Shown here: piece by piece, positions 13,282 through 28,381 of the stretch | Numbering within the stretch: position 1 is the stretch's first letter | Layout: every line of letters starts with the position of its first letter | NCBI GenBank assembly: GCA_964016885.1 | Contig: OZ024741.1 | Coordinates: 276,024,001 to 276,088,000 of the forward strand | DNA length: 64,000 bases | DNA from: Eledone cirrhosa | Lineage: Eukaryota | Direction of reading: 5' to 3' | The notes under the pieces: generated by a model | Told to the model about the DNA's origin: nothing | The model's database searches: none | The model's input: only the letters and a program-made list of their open reading frames with translations | Made by a program: the position numbers and the translations under genes

Positions 13282-13552
13282 CCTTTGTTCCGTGTATGAA
13301 CATAAATAAATAATTGTGCATGGTTGACGGTATGTTTAGTCGATTTCCACGTGCTGTTGAAATGTTGGGTAAATATTCTATGGCGGTCGGCCGCGAAGAG
13401 GCTGCTTTCGTTTATTTATCAAATATTTCTTTATAGGTGCCTTTTAATCTTATAGCCTGGTCTAATTGATTTTTTATGTGCTTAATGATGACAATTGGGA
13501 GAGGAAATGGTGTATATATATATTACCAATGATTCTATGAACATACTTTATA

Positions 13553-13590
<38 letters not shown>

Positions 13591-13603
13591 CACACACACA
13601 CAC

Positions 13604-13641
<38 letters not shown>

Positions 13642-13644
13642 AAA

Positions 13645-13675
<31 letters not shown>

Positions 13676-13903
13676 CAGGGTGTGGACAATATCTGTTCGC
13701 AATTTTCAACTGCTAATTTTATGCAAATTTTTTTTACTTCCGTTGTCACTCTTGTCTTCATAAAAACAGTGACTATATTTCCATTATTTATTTTCAGAAT
13801 ATTTGATTATGAATAATTTTTAACCTGCAAATTTGTGGAAGAGACACGGAGTTCTTCTTGGAATCCGCACCGGGAGGACAAATAAGGAAATTTCAGACTT
13901 TCT
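13676..13903 (+). mobile_element. Tc1/mariner left end (TIR and start of transposase), truncated
   Basis: TA|CAGGGTG terminus after (TA)n; WKRHGVLLGIRTGRTNKEISDFL resembles the transposase N-terminal HTH. Confidence 0.6.
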
Positions 13904-13915
13904 CATACATACATA

Positions 13916-14329
13916 CATGGAGGCTGCCAACTCGTTTTCGAGTACGGCCACTACTTTATATCCATGTAGGAGAACCCCTACCGATGCGCTGAACGAGTGT
14001 GACTTTTTAGTCCAGCCAGCGACATGAAAACTCTAGTACAAACACTACACCTGTGACAATTATTGTCACACAGTGCTGGGCCCATGGTACCATGTGACGA
14101 CGAGTGCAGAGAGATCTCCAGATATAAAGCAATGCCTGTGCCGTGAAGCTTTTATAGTGAGCAAAGGCACTGCACAAAGCCAGTCCCACTCTCTTAACCA
14201 AGATGATATTTACCAAAAAGAAGAACATGTCAACATCATTGGATACCATCAGGGTGCAGGTGTTATATAAGAGTTTTCCTTCTCCCAGAATTCTGCCCTA
14301 ACAAAGGCTAAGGGGTCATCTCTCCCGGA
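13916..14329 (-). mobile_element. ~415-bp non-autonomous retroposon-like element, copy 1
   Basis: Near-identical to 16452-16866; minus strand begins GGAGAGATGACCCC..GGAGAAGGAAAACTC and ends in a (TGTA)n tail. Confidence 0.6.
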
Positions 14330-16451
<2,122 letters not shown>

Positions 16452-16866
16452 CATGGTGGCTGCCAACTCGTTTTCGAGTACGGCCACTACTTTATATCAA
16501 TGTAGGAGAACCCCTACCAGTGCGCTGAACGAGTGTGACTTTTTAGTCCAGCCAGCGACTTGAAAACTCTGGTACAAACACTACACCTGTGACAATTATT
16601 GTCACACAGTGCTGGGCCCATGGTACCATGTGTCGGCAAGTGCAGAGAGATCTCCAGATATAAAGCAATGCCTGTGCCGTGAAGCTTTTATAGTGAGCAA
16701 AGGGACTGCACAAAGCCAGTCCCACTCTCTTAACCAAGATGATATTTACCAAAAAGAAGAACAAGTCAACATCATTGGATACCATTAGAGTTGCAGGTGT
16801 TATATCAGAGTTTTCCTTCTCCTAGAATTCTGCCTTGACAAAGGCTAAGGGGTCATCTCTCCCGGA
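16452..16866 (-). mobile_element. ~415-bp non-autonomous retroposon-like element, copy 2
   Basis: Direct repeat of 13916-14329 with scattered substitutions. Confidence 0.6.
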
Positions 16867-16963
16867 GAGACATACATACATACATACATACATACATACA
16901 TAGATACATACATACATACGTATATATATATATACATATATATATACATACATACATACATAC

Positions 16964-17031
<68 letters not shown>

Positions 17032-17073
17032 CGGCGATGAATTAGTTTTGCGAGGTTTTTTATATGAAATCGT

Positions 17074-18144
17074 GTGTCGAAACAGATATTGTTATATTTG
17101 GGGAGTATAACTGTAACTATAGACTTCCCTTCCAAACACCCTAACAATAGACTACCTGTATTAGACACAGAACTCTGGATTAACACTATAGACGAGAGAG
17201 CCCAAATTCTCCACTCACACTATGCTAAACCCATGGCCTCCAAATACCTGATACTCAAAAACTCAGCAATGTCCAGTAGTGCTAAGTTTAATATTCTGAT
17301 CGCAGATTTGGTACGAGTGATGAAGAATGTGTCCAGCATGTGCGACCCAACAGAAATGGAAGGACACATCCAACACTTCATCAACCGCATGCAGTTCTCT
17401 GGCTACAACCAAAGAGACAGAGTCAGAGTATACGAAGGAGCCATGGAAAAGTATAAGACCCTCATAGAACTGGACATGAAAGGAATTTGCCCACTATACA
17501 GGAGCAAATCATGGAATAGCTTAGATAGGGCTAGACATAAGATAGGGAAGGCCACATCATGGTACGACAACCAGAGATATCAGAGTGTCATGTTTGTGGA
17601 CGCCACCCCTGGAGGGAAATTAGCTAACCAGTGTAGAAAGGCCCTGAGAAAGACCCACTTAAAAATAAAGGTGGTAGAAAAGCCAGGAACCACCATAAAA
17701 TCCCTGATCAGCAAAACCTACCCTTTTAAGAAAACCCACTGTACCAATAGGAAATGTATCATATGTAAGGTGAACCCCCGGATAAACTGTAAAACTAGAA
17801 ACGTAGTCTATAGCATAAGATGTACAGAGGGTACTTGCAGAAACACGACAACAACATACATAGGTGAGACAGCTCGTAGCATAGGTGAAAGGATAGACCA
17901 ACACTGGGGGGAACTAAAAGGACGAAAAAACGGGTCAGTACTATACGAACATGCTAGACAACATCATGACGGTAACATAGACAACATAGAAATTAGAATA
18001 ATATCTAAACATAGGAATGACCCAGCAGATAGGCAAATCAGAGAGGCCAGTGAAATAGAAATTAGAAGACCAAAGCTAAACAGAAAGAATGAGTGGAACA
18101 ACAACAACACCCAAACAAACAACACTGACCTAAGAGAAGTATAA
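17074..18144 (+). mobile_element. Penelope-like element ORF fragment (RT thumb + GIY-YIG), 5'-truncated, second family
   Basis: [65 protein letters not shown]; flanked by (TA)n. Confidence 0.9.
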
Positions 18145-18420
18145 ATAAATAAGTAAATTAAATTAAATAAAATAAGATAAATAAATACATACACAAGCAC
18201 ATAAACACACACTAGTCACCCAGCAGACACAACACTATACACACTAGTCACACATCACACATAACACTATACACACACGCAAACGCATGCGCAAAGAAGA
18301 CAAAATAAAATAAGATAAACAAACAAGCAAATAAATAAATAAATAAATATATAGACAGACTGAACAAAAAAAATGGCGTAGACATACAACACAACAGGAG
18401 GAACAATGAATATAACACCA

Positions 18421-18448
18421 CTGACGATGTTGCAGATGTGCAACGAAA
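18421..18448 (+). ncRNA. partial hammerhead core downstream of Penelope-like ORF
   Basis: CUGACGA-U-GUUGCA-GAUG-UGCAAC-GAAA; stem III and 3' stem I not found. Confidence 0.45.
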
Positions 18449-18660
18449 GATTTATGTAAACTATATATATATGTGTTTGTCTATATTGTATCTGTATTAT
18501 TTTTGACCGCCGGTCAGTCAATGGCAACATTGAGGACCGAGTAAGTTAGATCGCAGATATATATATATAAAAGACAGCGAGAAGCGAAAACCAACCAAAC
18601 AGTGAGTGTGTTCTGTTATTAATTCTGGCAATATTACGCAAATATGACCCTCCCCAAATA

Positions 18661-18900
<240 letters not shown>

Positions 18901-18903
18901 TAA

Positions 18904-19045
18904 TGGAGGCACATGGCTTAGTGGTTAGAGCATTGGCCTTGCAATCGAAAAAGGTTGTGAGTTCAATGCTCAGACCAGGTGATGTGCTGTTTCCTTGAGC
19001 AAGACACTTTATTTCACATTGCTCCAGTTTACTCAGCTGTATAAA
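18904..19045 (+). mobile_element. tRNA-derived SINE (5' part)
   Basis: A box TGGCTTAGTGG, B-box-like GAGTTCAAT, body CCTTGAGCAAGACACTTTATTTCAC shared with 29876 and 51290 copies. Confidence 0.8.
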
Positions 19046-19521
19046 TTAATTGTAAAAGACTATTTTGAGTTTCTAACTCAATCTATGATATTCTCGGCTC
19101 CGTATGTAGAGCTAACTTTAGTCTCATAAAGCTGGCTGGTATTTTTAGCGGCACGAGTATGAGATGCGCTAGGCGCTGCAACATGTGCTTTTATATCAGC
19201 ATATCGTTCAGTTTTTCTTAGATCCTTTGAAGTGAAAGGTACAAATTTCCTGGATACCAGCAGAAGAGCACAGGAATTGTGGCTTTCACTTAATAATCCT
19301 TGCAAAACAGATTTAGGTTTGTCTGGGTATCAAAAGCTGTTGCCTGATATAGGTTTGTTATTTTTATTGATTTATTCCATTAAATCGAGTCAGGCAAACC
19401 ATATTGTTTTAAATTAGTATTTTTTCAACACCTAGCTGACTTGGTCATTTGCAATTGGAACACATGTATACTTGTATCAGTGTTCACCTCTCTCATATAT
19501 CCAATTATATATATATATATC

Positions 19522-19588
19522 AGGAAATCATCAGGAAAGCCGAGTGTCAATGTATTATGGTGGTGTATATATATATACATATACAAAC

Positions 19589-19640
<52 letters not shown>

Positions 19641-19679
19641 CCATAATACATTGACACTCGGCTTTTCTGATGATTTCCT
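19522..19679. repeat. 44-bp inverted repeat around a (TA)n spacer, containing a CUGAUGA hammerhead-like core
   Basis: aggaaatcatcaggaaagccgagtgtcaatgtattatggtg versus caccataatacattgacactcggcttttctgatgatttcct. Confidence 0.8.
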
Positions 19680-20107
19680 TCGAATGAAACAGCCCTAGTC
19701 CTGTAGAAGCCATTTCTTTATTAAATATTTATACTCTCCTATGTATTGAATACCTCGGTTACTGTGGTTACCCCCGATTGAACCCAGGATACACACACGC
19801 ATATATTATATCATCATCATCATCATCATCATCATCATTTTACGTCTGCTTTTCCCTGCTTGCAAGAGTGGGACGGGTCTTATTCAGCACAGCATCTCTC
19901 CACTTGTCACGGTCCTTCGTCATCTCCACCATAAGCTTCAGCGATCTGAGGTCTGTTCTCACCACCTCCGCCCATGTTTTTCGTCTTCCTTCAACTAACA
20001 TTCCCTATATATATAAGTTTATCAGGATACACACACACACACACACATATATATATAAGTTTATCCCGGGTTCAATGGGGGGTAACCACAGTAAGTAAGG
20101 TACTCGA

Positions 20108-23100
20108 TACGGCTTAATACGGGATGTTTGTTTACAAACACACCGAGCATTATAATAAATGTTCGGTGAATCCATACGTGCATATATATATGTGTGCATG
20201 TATGTATATATATATATACATACTACTGTACGTCGGTATACATATATGTATGTACGTGTACATACTTATATTTAAGTAACAGCCGTACTAAGAGTGGGAA
20301 ATGAAATATCGTTTCATTTTTTTTTTTTTTTCCGTTTATCGTTTTCAGTGCACCCGGCCGATTAACCCACTCGATATGCAAATTGGGCTACTCAGCCGTT
20401 AATATGCATAAGGTAAGTATATACGTTCAACAATCTGGCAGGAAGGTATACGTTGCTGACGATAGCTAACAAGCTTGAAACTAGTACAGCGTTCCTTTGT
20501 CAGTGTTGAACAAACGAGCAACGGTGGTTGCTAGACACTACGGCTTAATACGGGATGTTTGTTTACAAACACACCGAGCATTATAATAAATGTTCGGTGA
20601 ATCCATACGTGCATATATATATGTGTGCATGTATGTATATATATATATACATACTACTGTACGTCGGTATACATATATGTATGTACGTGTACATACTTAT
20701 ATTTAAGTAACAGCCGTACTAAGAGTGGGAAATGAAATATCGTTTCATTTTTTCCGTTTATCGTTTTCGGTGCACCCGGCCGATTAACCCACTCGATATG
20801 CAAATTGGGCTACTCAGCCGTTAATATGCATAAGGTAAGTATATACGTTCAACAATCTGGCAGGAAGGTATACGTTGCTGACGATAGCTAACAAGCTTGA
20901 AACTAGTACAGCGTTCCTTTGTCAGTGTTGAACAAACGAGCAACGGTGGTTGCTAGACACTACGGCTTAATACGGGATGTTTGTTTACAAACACACCGAG
21001 CATTATAATAAATGTTCGGTGAATCCATACGTGCATATATATATGTGTGCATGTATGTATATATATATATACATACTACTGTACGTCGGTATACATATAT
21101 GTATGTACGTGTACATACTTATATTTAAGTAACAGCCGTACTAAGAGTGGGAAATGAAATATCGTTTCATTTTTTCCGTTTATCGTTTTCGGTGCACCCG
21201 GCCGATTAACGCACTCGATATGCAAATTGGGCTACTCAGCCGTTAATATGCATAAGGTAAGTATATACGTTCAACAATCTGGCAGGAAGGTATACGTTGC
21301 TGACGATAGCTAACAAGCTTGAAACTAGTACAGCGTTCCTTTGTCAGTGTTGAACAAACGAACAACGGTGGTTGCTAGACACTACGGCTTAATACGGGAT
21401 GTTTGTTTACAAACACACCGAGCATTATAATAAATGTTCGGTGAATCCATACGTGCATATATATATGTGTGCATGTATGTATATATATATATACATACTA
21501 CTGTACGTCGGTATACATATATGTATGTACGTGTACATACTTATATTTAAGTAACAGCCGTACTAAGAGTGGGAAATGAAATATCGTTTCATTTTTTCCG
21601 TTTATCGTTTTCGGTGCACCCGGCCGATTAACCCACTCGATATGCAAATTGGGCTACTCAGCCGTTAATATGCATAAGGTAAGTATATACGTTCAACAAT
21701 CTGGCAGGAAGGTATACGTTGCTGACGATAGCTAACAAGCTTGAAACTAGTACAGCGTTCCTTTGTCAGTGTTGAACAAACGAGCAACGGTGGTTGCTAG
21801 ACACTACGGCTTAATACGGGATGTTTGTTTACAAACACACCGAGCATTATAATAAATGTTCGGTGAATCCATACGTGCATATATATATGTGTGCATGTAT
21901 GTATATATATATATACATACTACTGTACGTCGGTATACATATATGTATGTACGTGTACATACTTATATTTAAGTAACAGCCGTACTAAGAGTGGGAAATG
22001 AAATATCGTTTCATTTTTTTTTTTTTTTCCGTTTATCGTTTTCAGTGCACCCGGCCGATTAACCCACTCGATATGCAAATTGGGCTACTCAGCCGTTAAT
22101 ATGCATAAGGTAAGTATATACGTTCAACAATCTGGCAGGAAGGTATACGTTGCTGACGATAGCTAACAAGCTTGAAACTAGTACAGCGTTCCTTTGTCAG
22201 TGTTGAACAAACGAGCAACGGTGGTTGCTAGACACTACGGCTTAATACGGGATGTTTGTTTACAAACACACCGAGCATTATAATAAATGTTCGGTGAATC
22301 CATACGTGCATATATATATGTGTGCATGTATGTATATATATATATACATACTACTGTACGTCGGTATACATATATGTATGTACGTGTACATACTTATATT
22401 TAAGTAACAGCCGTACTAAGAGTGGGAAATGAAATATCGTTTCATTTTTTCCGTTTATCGTTTTCGGTGCACCCGGCCGATTAACCCACTCGATATGCAA
22501 ATTGGGCTACTCAGCCGTTAATATGCATAAGGTAAGTATATACGTTCAACAATCTGGCAGGAAGGTATACGTTGCTGACGATAGCTAACAAGCTTGAAAC
22601 TAGTACAGCGTTCCTTTGTCAGTGTTGAACAAACGAGCAACGGTGGTTGCTAGACACTACGGCTTAATACGGGATGTTTGTTTACAAACACACCGAGCAT
22701 TATAATAAATGTTCGGTGAATCCATACGTGCATATATATATGTGTGCATGTATGTATATATATATATACATACTACTGTACGTCGGTATACATATATGTA
22801 TGTACGTGTACATACTTATATTTAAGTAACAGCCGTACTAAGAGTGGGAAATGAAATATCGTTTCATTTTTTCCGTTTATCGTTTTCGGTGCACCCGGCC
22901 GATTAACGCACTCGATATGCAAATTGGGCTACTCAGCCGTTAATATGCATAAGGTAAGTATATACGTTCAACAATCTGGCAGGAAGGTATACGTTGCTGA
23001 CGATAGCTAACAAGCTTGAAACTAGTACAGCGTTCCTTTGTCAGTGTTGAACAAACGAACAACGGTGGTTGCTAGACACTACGGCTTAATACGGGATGTT

Positions 23101-26100
23101 TGTTTACAAACACACCGAGCATTATAATAAATGTTCGGTGAATCCATACGTGCATATATATATGTGTGCATGTATGTATATATATATATACATACTACTG
23201 TACGTCGGTATACATATATGTATGTACGTGTACATACTTATATTTAAGTAACAGCCGTACTAAGAGTGGGAAATGAAATATCGTTTCATTTTTTCCGTTT
23301 ATCGTTTTCGGTGCACCCGGCCGATTAACCCACTCGATATGCAAATTGGGCTACTCAGCCGTTAATATGCATAAGGTAAGTATATACGTTCAACAATCTG
23401 GCAGGAAGGTATACGTTGCTGACGATAGCTAACAAGCTTGAAACTAGTACAGCGTTCCTTTGTCAGTGTTGAACAAACGAGCAACGGTGGTTGCTAGACA
23501 CTACGGCTTAATACGGGATGTTTGTTTACAAACACACCGAGCATTATAATAAATGTTCGGTGAATCCATACGTGCATATATATATGTGTGCATGTATGTA
23601 TATATATATATACATACTACTGTACGTCGGTATACATATATGTATGTACGTGTACATACTTATATTTAAGTAACAGCCGTACTAAGAGTGGGAAATGAAA
23701 TATCGTTTCATTTTTTTTTTTTTTTCCGTTTATCGTTTTCAGTGCACCCGGCCGATTAACCCACTCGATATGCAAATTGGGCTACTCAGCCGTTAATATG
23801 CATAAGGTAAGTATATACGTTCAACAATCTGGCAGGAAGGTATACGTTGCTGACGATAGCTAACAAGCTTGAAACTAGTACAGCGTTCCTTTGTCAGTGT
23901 TGAACAAACGAGCAACGGTGGTTGCTAGACACTACGGCTTAATACGGGATGTTTGTTTACAAACACACCGAGCATTATAATAAATGTTCGGTGAATCCAT
24001 ACGTGCATATATATATGTGTGCATGTATGTATATATATATATACATACTACTGTACGTCGGTATACATATATGTATGTACGTGTACATACTTATATTTAA
24101 GTAACAGCCGTACTAAGAGTGGGAAATGAAATATCGTTTCATTTTTTCCGTTTATCGTTTTCGGTGCACCCGGCCGATTAACCCACTCGATATGCAAATT
24201 GGGCTACTCAGCCGTTAATATGCATAAGGTAAGTATATACGTTCAACAATCTGGCAGGAAGGTATACGTTGCTGACAATAGCTAACAAGCTTGAAACTAG
24301 TACAGCGTTCCTTTGTCAGTGTTGAACAAACGAGCAACGGTGGTTGCTAGACACTACGGCTTAATACGGGATGTTTGTTTACAAACACACCGAGCATTAT
24401 AATAAATGTTCGGTGAATCCATACGTGCATATATATATGTGTGCATGTATGTATATATATATATACATACTACTGTACGTCGGTATACATATATGTATGT
24501 ACGTGTACATACTTATATTTAAGTAACAGCCGTACTAAGAGTGGGAAATGAAATATCGTTTCATTTTTTCCGTTTATCGTTTTCGGTGCACCCGGCCGAT
24601 TAACCCACTCGATATGCAAATTGGGCTACTCAGCCGTTAATATGCATAAGGTAAGTATATACGTTCAACAATCTGGCAGGAAGGTATACGTTGCTGACGA
24701 TAGCTAACAAGCTTGAAACTAGTACAGCGTTCCTTTGTCAGTGTTGAACAAACGAGCAACGGTGGTTGCTAGACACTACGGCTTAATACGGGATGTTTGT
24801 TTACAAACACACCGAGCATTATAATAAATGTTCGGTGAATCCATACGTGCATATATATATGTGTGCATGTATGTATATATATATATACATACTACTGTAC
24901 GTCGGTATACATATATGTATGTACGTGTACATACTTATATTTAAGTAACAGCCGTAGTAAGAGTGGGAAATGAAATATCGTTTCATTTTTTCCGTTTATC
25001 GTTTTCGGTGCACCCGGCCGATTAACCCACTCGATATGCAAATTGGGCTACTCAGCCGTTAATATGCATAAGGTAAGTATATACGTTCAACAATCTGGCA
25101 GGAAGGTATACGTTGCTGACAATAGCTAACAAGCTTGAAACTAGTACAGCGTTCCTTTGTCAGTGTTGAACAAACGAGCAACGGTGGTTGCTAGACACTA
25201 CGGCTTAATACGGGATGTTTGTTTACAAACACACCGAGCATTATAATAAATGTTCGGTGAATCCATACGTGCATATATATATGTGTGCATGTATGTATAT
25301 ATATATATACATACTACTGTACGTCGGTATACATATATGTATGTACGTGTACATACTTATATTTAAGTAACAGCCGTACTAAGAGTGGGAAATGAAATAT
25401 CGTTTCATTTTTTCCGTTTATCGTTTTCGGTGCACCCGGCCGATTAACGCACTCGATATGCAAATTGGGCTACTCAGCCGTTAATATGCATAAGGTAAGT
25501 ATATACGTTCAACAATCTGGCAGGAAGGTATACGTTGCTGACGATAGCTAACAAGCTTGAAACTAGTACAGCGTTCCTTTGTCAGTGTTGAACAAACGAA
25601 CAACGGTGGTTGCTAGACACTACGGCTTAATACGGGATGTTTGTTTACAAACACACCGAGCATTATAATAAATGTTCGGTGAATCCATACGTGCATATAT
25701 ATATGTGTGCATGTATGTATATATATATATACATACTACTGTACGTCGGTATACATATATGTATGTACGTGTACATACTTATATTTAAGTAACAGCCGTA
25801 CTAAGAGTGGGAAATGAAATATCGTTTCATTTTTTTTTTTTTTTCCGTTTATCGTTTTCAGTGCACCCGGCCGATTAACCCACTCGATATGCAAATTGGG
25901 CTACTCAGCCGTTAATATGCATAAGGTAAGTATATACGTTCAACAATCTGGCAGGAAGGTATACGTTGCTGACGATAGCTAACAAGCTTGAAACTAGTAC
26001 AGCGTTCCTTTGTCAGTGTTGAACAAACGAGCAACGGTGGTTGCTAGACACTACGGCTTAATACGGGATGTTTGTTTACAAACACACCGAGCATTATAAT

Positions 26101-27064
26101 AAATGTTCGGTGAATCCATACGTGCATATATATATATGTGTGCATGTATGTATATATATATATACATACTACTGTACGTCGGTATACATATATGTATGTA
26201 CGTGTACATACTTATATTTAAGTAACAGCCGTACTAAGAGTGGGAAATGAAATATCGTTTCATTTTTTCCGTTTATCGTTTTCGGTGCACCCGGCCGATT
26301 AACCCACTCGATATGCAAATTGGGCTACTCAGCCGTTAATATGCATAAGGTAAGTATATACGTTCAACAATCTGGCAGGAAGGTATACGTTGCTGACGAT
26401 AGCTAACAAGCTTGAAACTAGTACAGCGTTCCTTTGTCAGTGTTGAACAAACGAGCAACGGTGGTTGCTAGACACTACGGCTTAATACGGGATGTTTGTT
26501 TACAAACACACCGAGCATTATAATAAATGTTCGGTGAATCCATACGTGCATATATATATATGTGTGCATGTATGTATATATATATATACATACTACTGTA
26601 CGTCGGTATACATATATGTATGTACGTGTACATACTTATATTTAAGTAACAGCCGTACTAAGAGTGGGAAATGAAATATCGTTTCATTTTTTCCGTTTAT
26701 CGTTTTCGGTGCACCCGGCCGATTAACCCACTCGATATGCAAATTGGGCTACTCAGCCGTTAATATGCATAAGGTAAGTATATACGTTCAACAATCTGGC
26801 AGGAAGGTATACGTTGCTGACGATAGCTAACAAGCTTGAAACTAGTACAGCGTTCCTTTGTCAGTGTTGAACAAACGAGCAACGGTGGTTGCTAGACACT
26901 ACGGCTTAATACGGGATGTTTGTTTACAAACACACCGAGCATTATAATAAATGTTCGGTGAATCCATACGTGCATATATATATGTTTGCATGTATGTATA
27001 TATATATATACATACTACTGTACGTCGGTATACATATATGTATGTACGTGTACATACTTATATA
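20108..27064 (+). repeat. tandem array of 16 full + 1 partial 422-bp units (424/431-bp variants), each with a hammerhead ribozyme (retrozyme-like array)
   Basis: Unit starts 20108, 20539, 20961, 21383, 21805, 22236, 22658, 23080, 23502, 23933, 24355, 24777, 25199, 25621, 26052, 26476, 26900; units differ by only a few bases. Confidence 0.95.
20425..20511 (+). ncRNA. type I hammerhead ribozyme (first of 16 copies)
   Basis: ACGUUG(20450-55)-CUGACGA-U-AGCU-AACA-AGCU-U-GAAAC-UA-GUA^CAGCGU(20487-92); stem I extends AAGG/CCUU, CUGGCA/UGUCAG, GUUCAACA/UGUUGAAC; predicted cut after 20486. Confidence 0.85.
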
Positions 27065-28299
27065 TAACTAATATATTTGTATCAAATCCATGCACTATAA
27101 CCATATTAACTATTTTTCAGAACATTACGCCATTAACAATTTGCAATGTCCATAGAATTGAAAAGAAAGTTCATAATAGAGAAGCATGAAAAAGGCCTGA
27201 CTCCACCCAAGATATTTAAACTGGGGAAAATTCTTAAGATCAATAGAATGTTGATCAAAAGGACAATCGATCGATTTAAGGAAACTTCCTCGATCAAAGA
27301 CAGACCTAGATCCAGACGCCCTCGCACCTCAAGAACACCAAAACTCGTTAAAAGTGTGAGGGAAAAAATAAGGCGTAATCCAAGAAGGTCCATGAGAAAA
27401 ATGGCAGAAGAAGCAGAAACATCGCCGAGAACTATGCGGAGGATATGTCGAAATGATCTGGGGATGTCACCCTATAAGTTCCAAAAGAGGGAGCTTCTTT
27501 CTGCAGCCACAATTGAAAAGAGGCTCTCCAGAAGTAAACTGTTATTGAACTGTATCAAGGATGACACGCTGCAAAACATCATCTTTACAGATGAGAAGTT
27601 ATTCACTGTGCAGTAGTCTCACAATCATCAAAATGATCGAGTACTTGCAAAAAGTCTCAAATCAATTCCTTCAAGTGTAGGAAGTGTTCAGAACACAGAA
27701 ACCAGCATCAGTGATGATTTGGGCAGCCATTTCTGAAAGAGGTAAGTCTCCTCTGATTTGTGTGCCTCAAGGAGTTAAAATTAACAAAGAACTTTACATA
27801 AAGGATATTTTGGAAGGAGCACTGATGCCATGGTGCATATTTGTTTATGGCGATGACATTTGGACTCTCCAACAAGATGGAGCGACGAGCCACACTGCTT
27901 GCATAACACAACAGTGGTGTAGAGACCATTGTCCTGCATGGTTCAGTAAGGAAGAGTGGCCTCCCACATCACCAGATCTCAACCCTCTCAATTTTTCTTT
28001 ATGGTCAATTCTTGAGAGTGAAACCTGCTCTACTCCTAGCAAAATATTGAAACTCTAAAATCAAAACTGAATAAAGTATGGGAGAAAATACCCATGGAAA
28101 CTGTTCGTGCAGTCATCGAAGACTTTCCTAGAAGACTTCCAGCGGTGGTGAGAGTTAGAGAAAAGCATTTCGAATAAATTTTTGTGCAGTTGTTTAATAG
28201 TATATTACTTACTATTTGTTAAAGTCAGATCTTGAAATAAATGTTTTTTTCAAGAACTATTTGCATTTTATTTTGTAACAGTTTTTATGCCCCACCCTG
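27065..28299 (+). mobile_element. Tc1/mariner maT (DD37D) transposon, defective, left TIR missing
   Basis: ORFs 27146-27616 (HTH..IIFTDEK) and 27684-28058 (QQDGATSH-37 aa-WPPTSPDLNPLN; third D now N); right TIR ..CCCACCCTG|TA. Confidence 0.9.
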
Positions 28300-28330
28300 T
28301 ATATGTTAAAACAATGAATTACTAATCTAC

Positions 28331-28381
28331 CTGAATGTCTTCACAATTAAACTCTTCATAGTTTTCATCATAATCTAGAAT
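28331..28381 (-). CDS. micro-exon of minus-strand host gene (ILDYDENYEEFNCEDIQ)
   Basis: ttttttaatatttcag acceptor, CAG|gtagat donor, 51 bp phase 0-0. Confidence 0.65.

Noticed and set aside
18904-18980. tRNA gene
   Set aside because: Degenerate cloverleaf continuing into a repeated SINE body
19078-19305. 75-aa minus-strand ORF
   Set aside because: No recognisable motif or clear splice sites
20108-27064. Array as CRISPR, rDNA/5S/snRNA cluster or coding repeat (60-aa ORFs at 26068 and 26492; ATGCAAAT octamer in each unit)
   Set aside because: No unique spacers, no recognisable structural RNA gene; the ORFs arise only from a TA slippage in two units; a lone octamer is insufficient evidence for a promoter
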